DNA of 64,000 nucleotides from Gekko japonicus (taxonomy: Eukaryota): positions 124,001 to 188,000 of the forward strand of contig NW_015169799.1 of assembly GCF_001447785.1 (NCBI RefSeq), written 5' to 3'. Within the stretch, counting starts at the first letter, position 1; every line of letters begins with the position of its first letter. The notes beneath the pieces were generated by a model. It saw nothing but the letters and a program-made list of their open reading frames with translations. It searched no databases and had not been told where the DNA came from. Shown piece by piece: positions 61,575 through 64,000 of this stretch. The position numbers were made by a program, and so were the translations under genes.

Positions 61575-63720
61575 TAATTTTTTTTTATTTTTATAAATGA
61601 TAAACATAACACAAACATATATACATAAATGGGGGGGTTACATCTAGAGACTTCATCATTGAATTGTCTGTTTAAATACCTCATACAATATTTAGTTATT
61701 TATTTTCTATGTTCCACCTTGTATTTTTGTATGTCTGTGCATATAATTAAAAATAAAGTTTTTATTCCATCTAAGTTAGTTGTATGTCAATATATTTTAT
61801 TTATTGTAGTCTTCAATCCATTTGTAAAATGTTGTCCATGTATTTTCAAAGCTTGCTTCAGTTTGTCCTCTCAACAATAAAGTTAATTTGTCCATTTCTG
61901 CAGTCTCAAGCAATTTATTTATGATTTCTTCTCTAGATGTTACCTCATCTCAGTACTCTTTAACATTTTTGTAATATTTCATGAATCCAAGACCAGTATT
62001 TTTTTACTCTGTCACACGTCAACCACATATAAAAGAAAGAACCAACTTTTTTTGACATTTCCAACAATCATTTGATAAGTTAGGGTAAAAATATATATTT
62101 CGAGTGATATACCATCTATAAAACATTTTATAAATATTTTCTTTATATGAAGTTGCTTTAGTAATCTTTACATTTTCCCCCATACCTGTGACCATTGGTT
62201 CAAATCAATTTTATGACATAAGTTTTGTGCCCATTTAACCATGAAATTTTTGACTACTTCATCTTGTGTCTTATTTTTTAACATTAATACATACAGTTTT
62301 TAATCAATTTCTCATCAGTATACATCAATATCTTATCCATATCTGTTATTTTTGTATAAAAACCTGTTAGCCTATCCTTGGCATATTTTGATTCTATTTG
62401 TACTCTTTCCCACCAAGTTAGGTTGGATTCTTGTTTTTTAATGTTTTCTATTGGTTTTAGTTTGTCTTTGTTGCCCAACAAGTCTTCATGTTTTATTAAA
62501 CCATTTTTTTGAAATTAATTTGGATTTGTGAAGGCTTTGAATGGTGAAACCCTTTTTGGTATCTTGGTATAAAACAGTCTTTTAACTTCTTCCCATACCT
62601 TCAATAGGGAATTCCTAATAAGGTGTCGCTTAAAGTATTTGTGAGTATCCACTATTCCATACCATATAAATGCGTGCCAACCTAGTAAAAGTTCATAGCC
62701 CTCTAACATTAATAGTCTAGTATTTTCTAATGTAATCCATTCTTTTAACCACGTCAATGCTGCTGCTCTGTAATACAAAAGCCAATGTGAAATGTGAATC
62801 CAGCTCTTTCATTTGCGTCTTGTAAAGCTTTACGTTTTATTCTTGGTTTCTTGTTGCCATATAAATTGTGTCATCAATGTTTCAAGTTCTTTAAAATATT
62901 TTTGATTTTGAAGGATGGAAGTTGTTTGAAATAAGAAGATCAATCTTGATAATGTATTCATTTTTATTGTAGTTATTCTTCCCATCAATGATATTTATAG
63001 ATTTTTCCTTCTTTCCAAATCCTTCTTAATTTCCATTATGAGTTCTATATAGTTATCTTTCACCAAGGAACTACATCTATTTGTTATATGTATTCCTAAA
63101 CATTTCACCTTTTTTAAAACTTCCAGGCCTGATAGTTCTTGTAACTGTTGGGTTTGATCTTTAGTAATATTTTTTACTAATATTTTTATTCTGTTAACAT
63201 TGATTTTTAGTCCAGCAACCTGTCCATACTCCTGCAAAGTTCTTATTAATTGTATAATAGAGTTCAGTGGATTCTCTAAAATAAATACCATCTGCGAAGG
63301 CTTGAAGCTTATATTCTTTTATTTCAAGTCCTCTAATTTGTACATCTCTGATCATATCATTCAGTATTTCCAGAGCAAATATAAACAGTAGTGGTGAAAG
63401 TGGGCATCCTTGTCTGGTTCCTTTTTGTATCTCAATGTTTTGTGATAAATCTCCATTAACAAGAACCCTTGTTTGTTGTTTGGTATAGATTGCTCTAACC
63501 ATTGTGTAAAATTCTTTGCCACATTGTGAGTTTACTAGTTGTTCCAACATGAAGTTCCAGCTGACATTGTCAAACGCTTTTTCGGCATCTAGGAAAATTA
63601 AGGCGATCTGTTTCTCCGGGTGGACTTCAAAATATTCTATTACATGTAGTATAGTTCATACATTGTTTCTAAGTTGTCTTTTTGGAAGAAAGCCTGCTTG
63701 GTCTTGGTGAATTGTTATAC
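61575..63720 (-). mobile_element. 5'-truncated L1 (ORF2 RT to 3' end), decayed
   Basis: FLDAEKAFDNVSW, KGTRQGCPLSPLLF, AFAD, YYRAAALTWLKEW; poly(T) on the plus strand near 61578. Confidence 0.92.
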
Positions 63721-64000
63721 CACCTCTTCATATGGGATGTCTCTAGATTCTTACCCAAATATTCCTCTAGTGCTTACTATCCTTTTCTCTGGAAGCTGGT
63801 TGCAGTTCTTAAAACTTTCTTTCTGCTTCATATAAAGAAAATATCTACAAAATACTGTCCACCTATGTACTAGTTGTGGTTATCAAAGTAAAAAAGATTA
63901 TTTTATATTTGTTATTATTAATGTAAATAGTACCTAAAGGTATGCTACTCTACCAATGACAAAGCAAACACCCAATATAGCATACACTTTGAAAAATAAA

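Noticed and set aside
53152-64000. PRDM5 exon 9 (expected IHEIFDCQEC-like)
   Set aside because: No matching sequence with splice sites was seen; it probably lies beyond the window, though I may have missed it by eye.

Overview
Vertebrate (squamate, most likely gecko, inferred from the repeat complement) genomic DNA. It holds the CpG-island promoter and first 8 coding exons of PRDM5 on the + strand (ATG at 12359; PR/SET domain plus the first C2H2 zinc fingers); the gene continues beyond the window. Exon 4 carries an in-frame (AAC)n expansion encoding 15 consecutive Asn. The rest is a dense transposable-element landscape: BovB/RTE, L2, CR1, L1, RTE-X, an ORF1-only L1 derivative (HAL1-like), two decayed Gypsy proviruses, several solo LTRs, a non-autonomous Helitron with captured MITE cargo, hAT and Harbinger MITEs with intact TIRs/TSDs, tRNA- and 5S-derived SINEs, a DIRS/Ngaro hydrolase remnant, and several Penelope terminal repeats with minimal hammerhead-ribozyme motifs. 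The most intriguing items are the hammerhead motifs, the HAL1-like element, a 107-codon Arg-rich ORF filling the U3 of a solo LTR, and the PRDM5 poly-Asn tract. Family names come from recognition of motifs by eye, not database searches; ends without a TSD are approximate.
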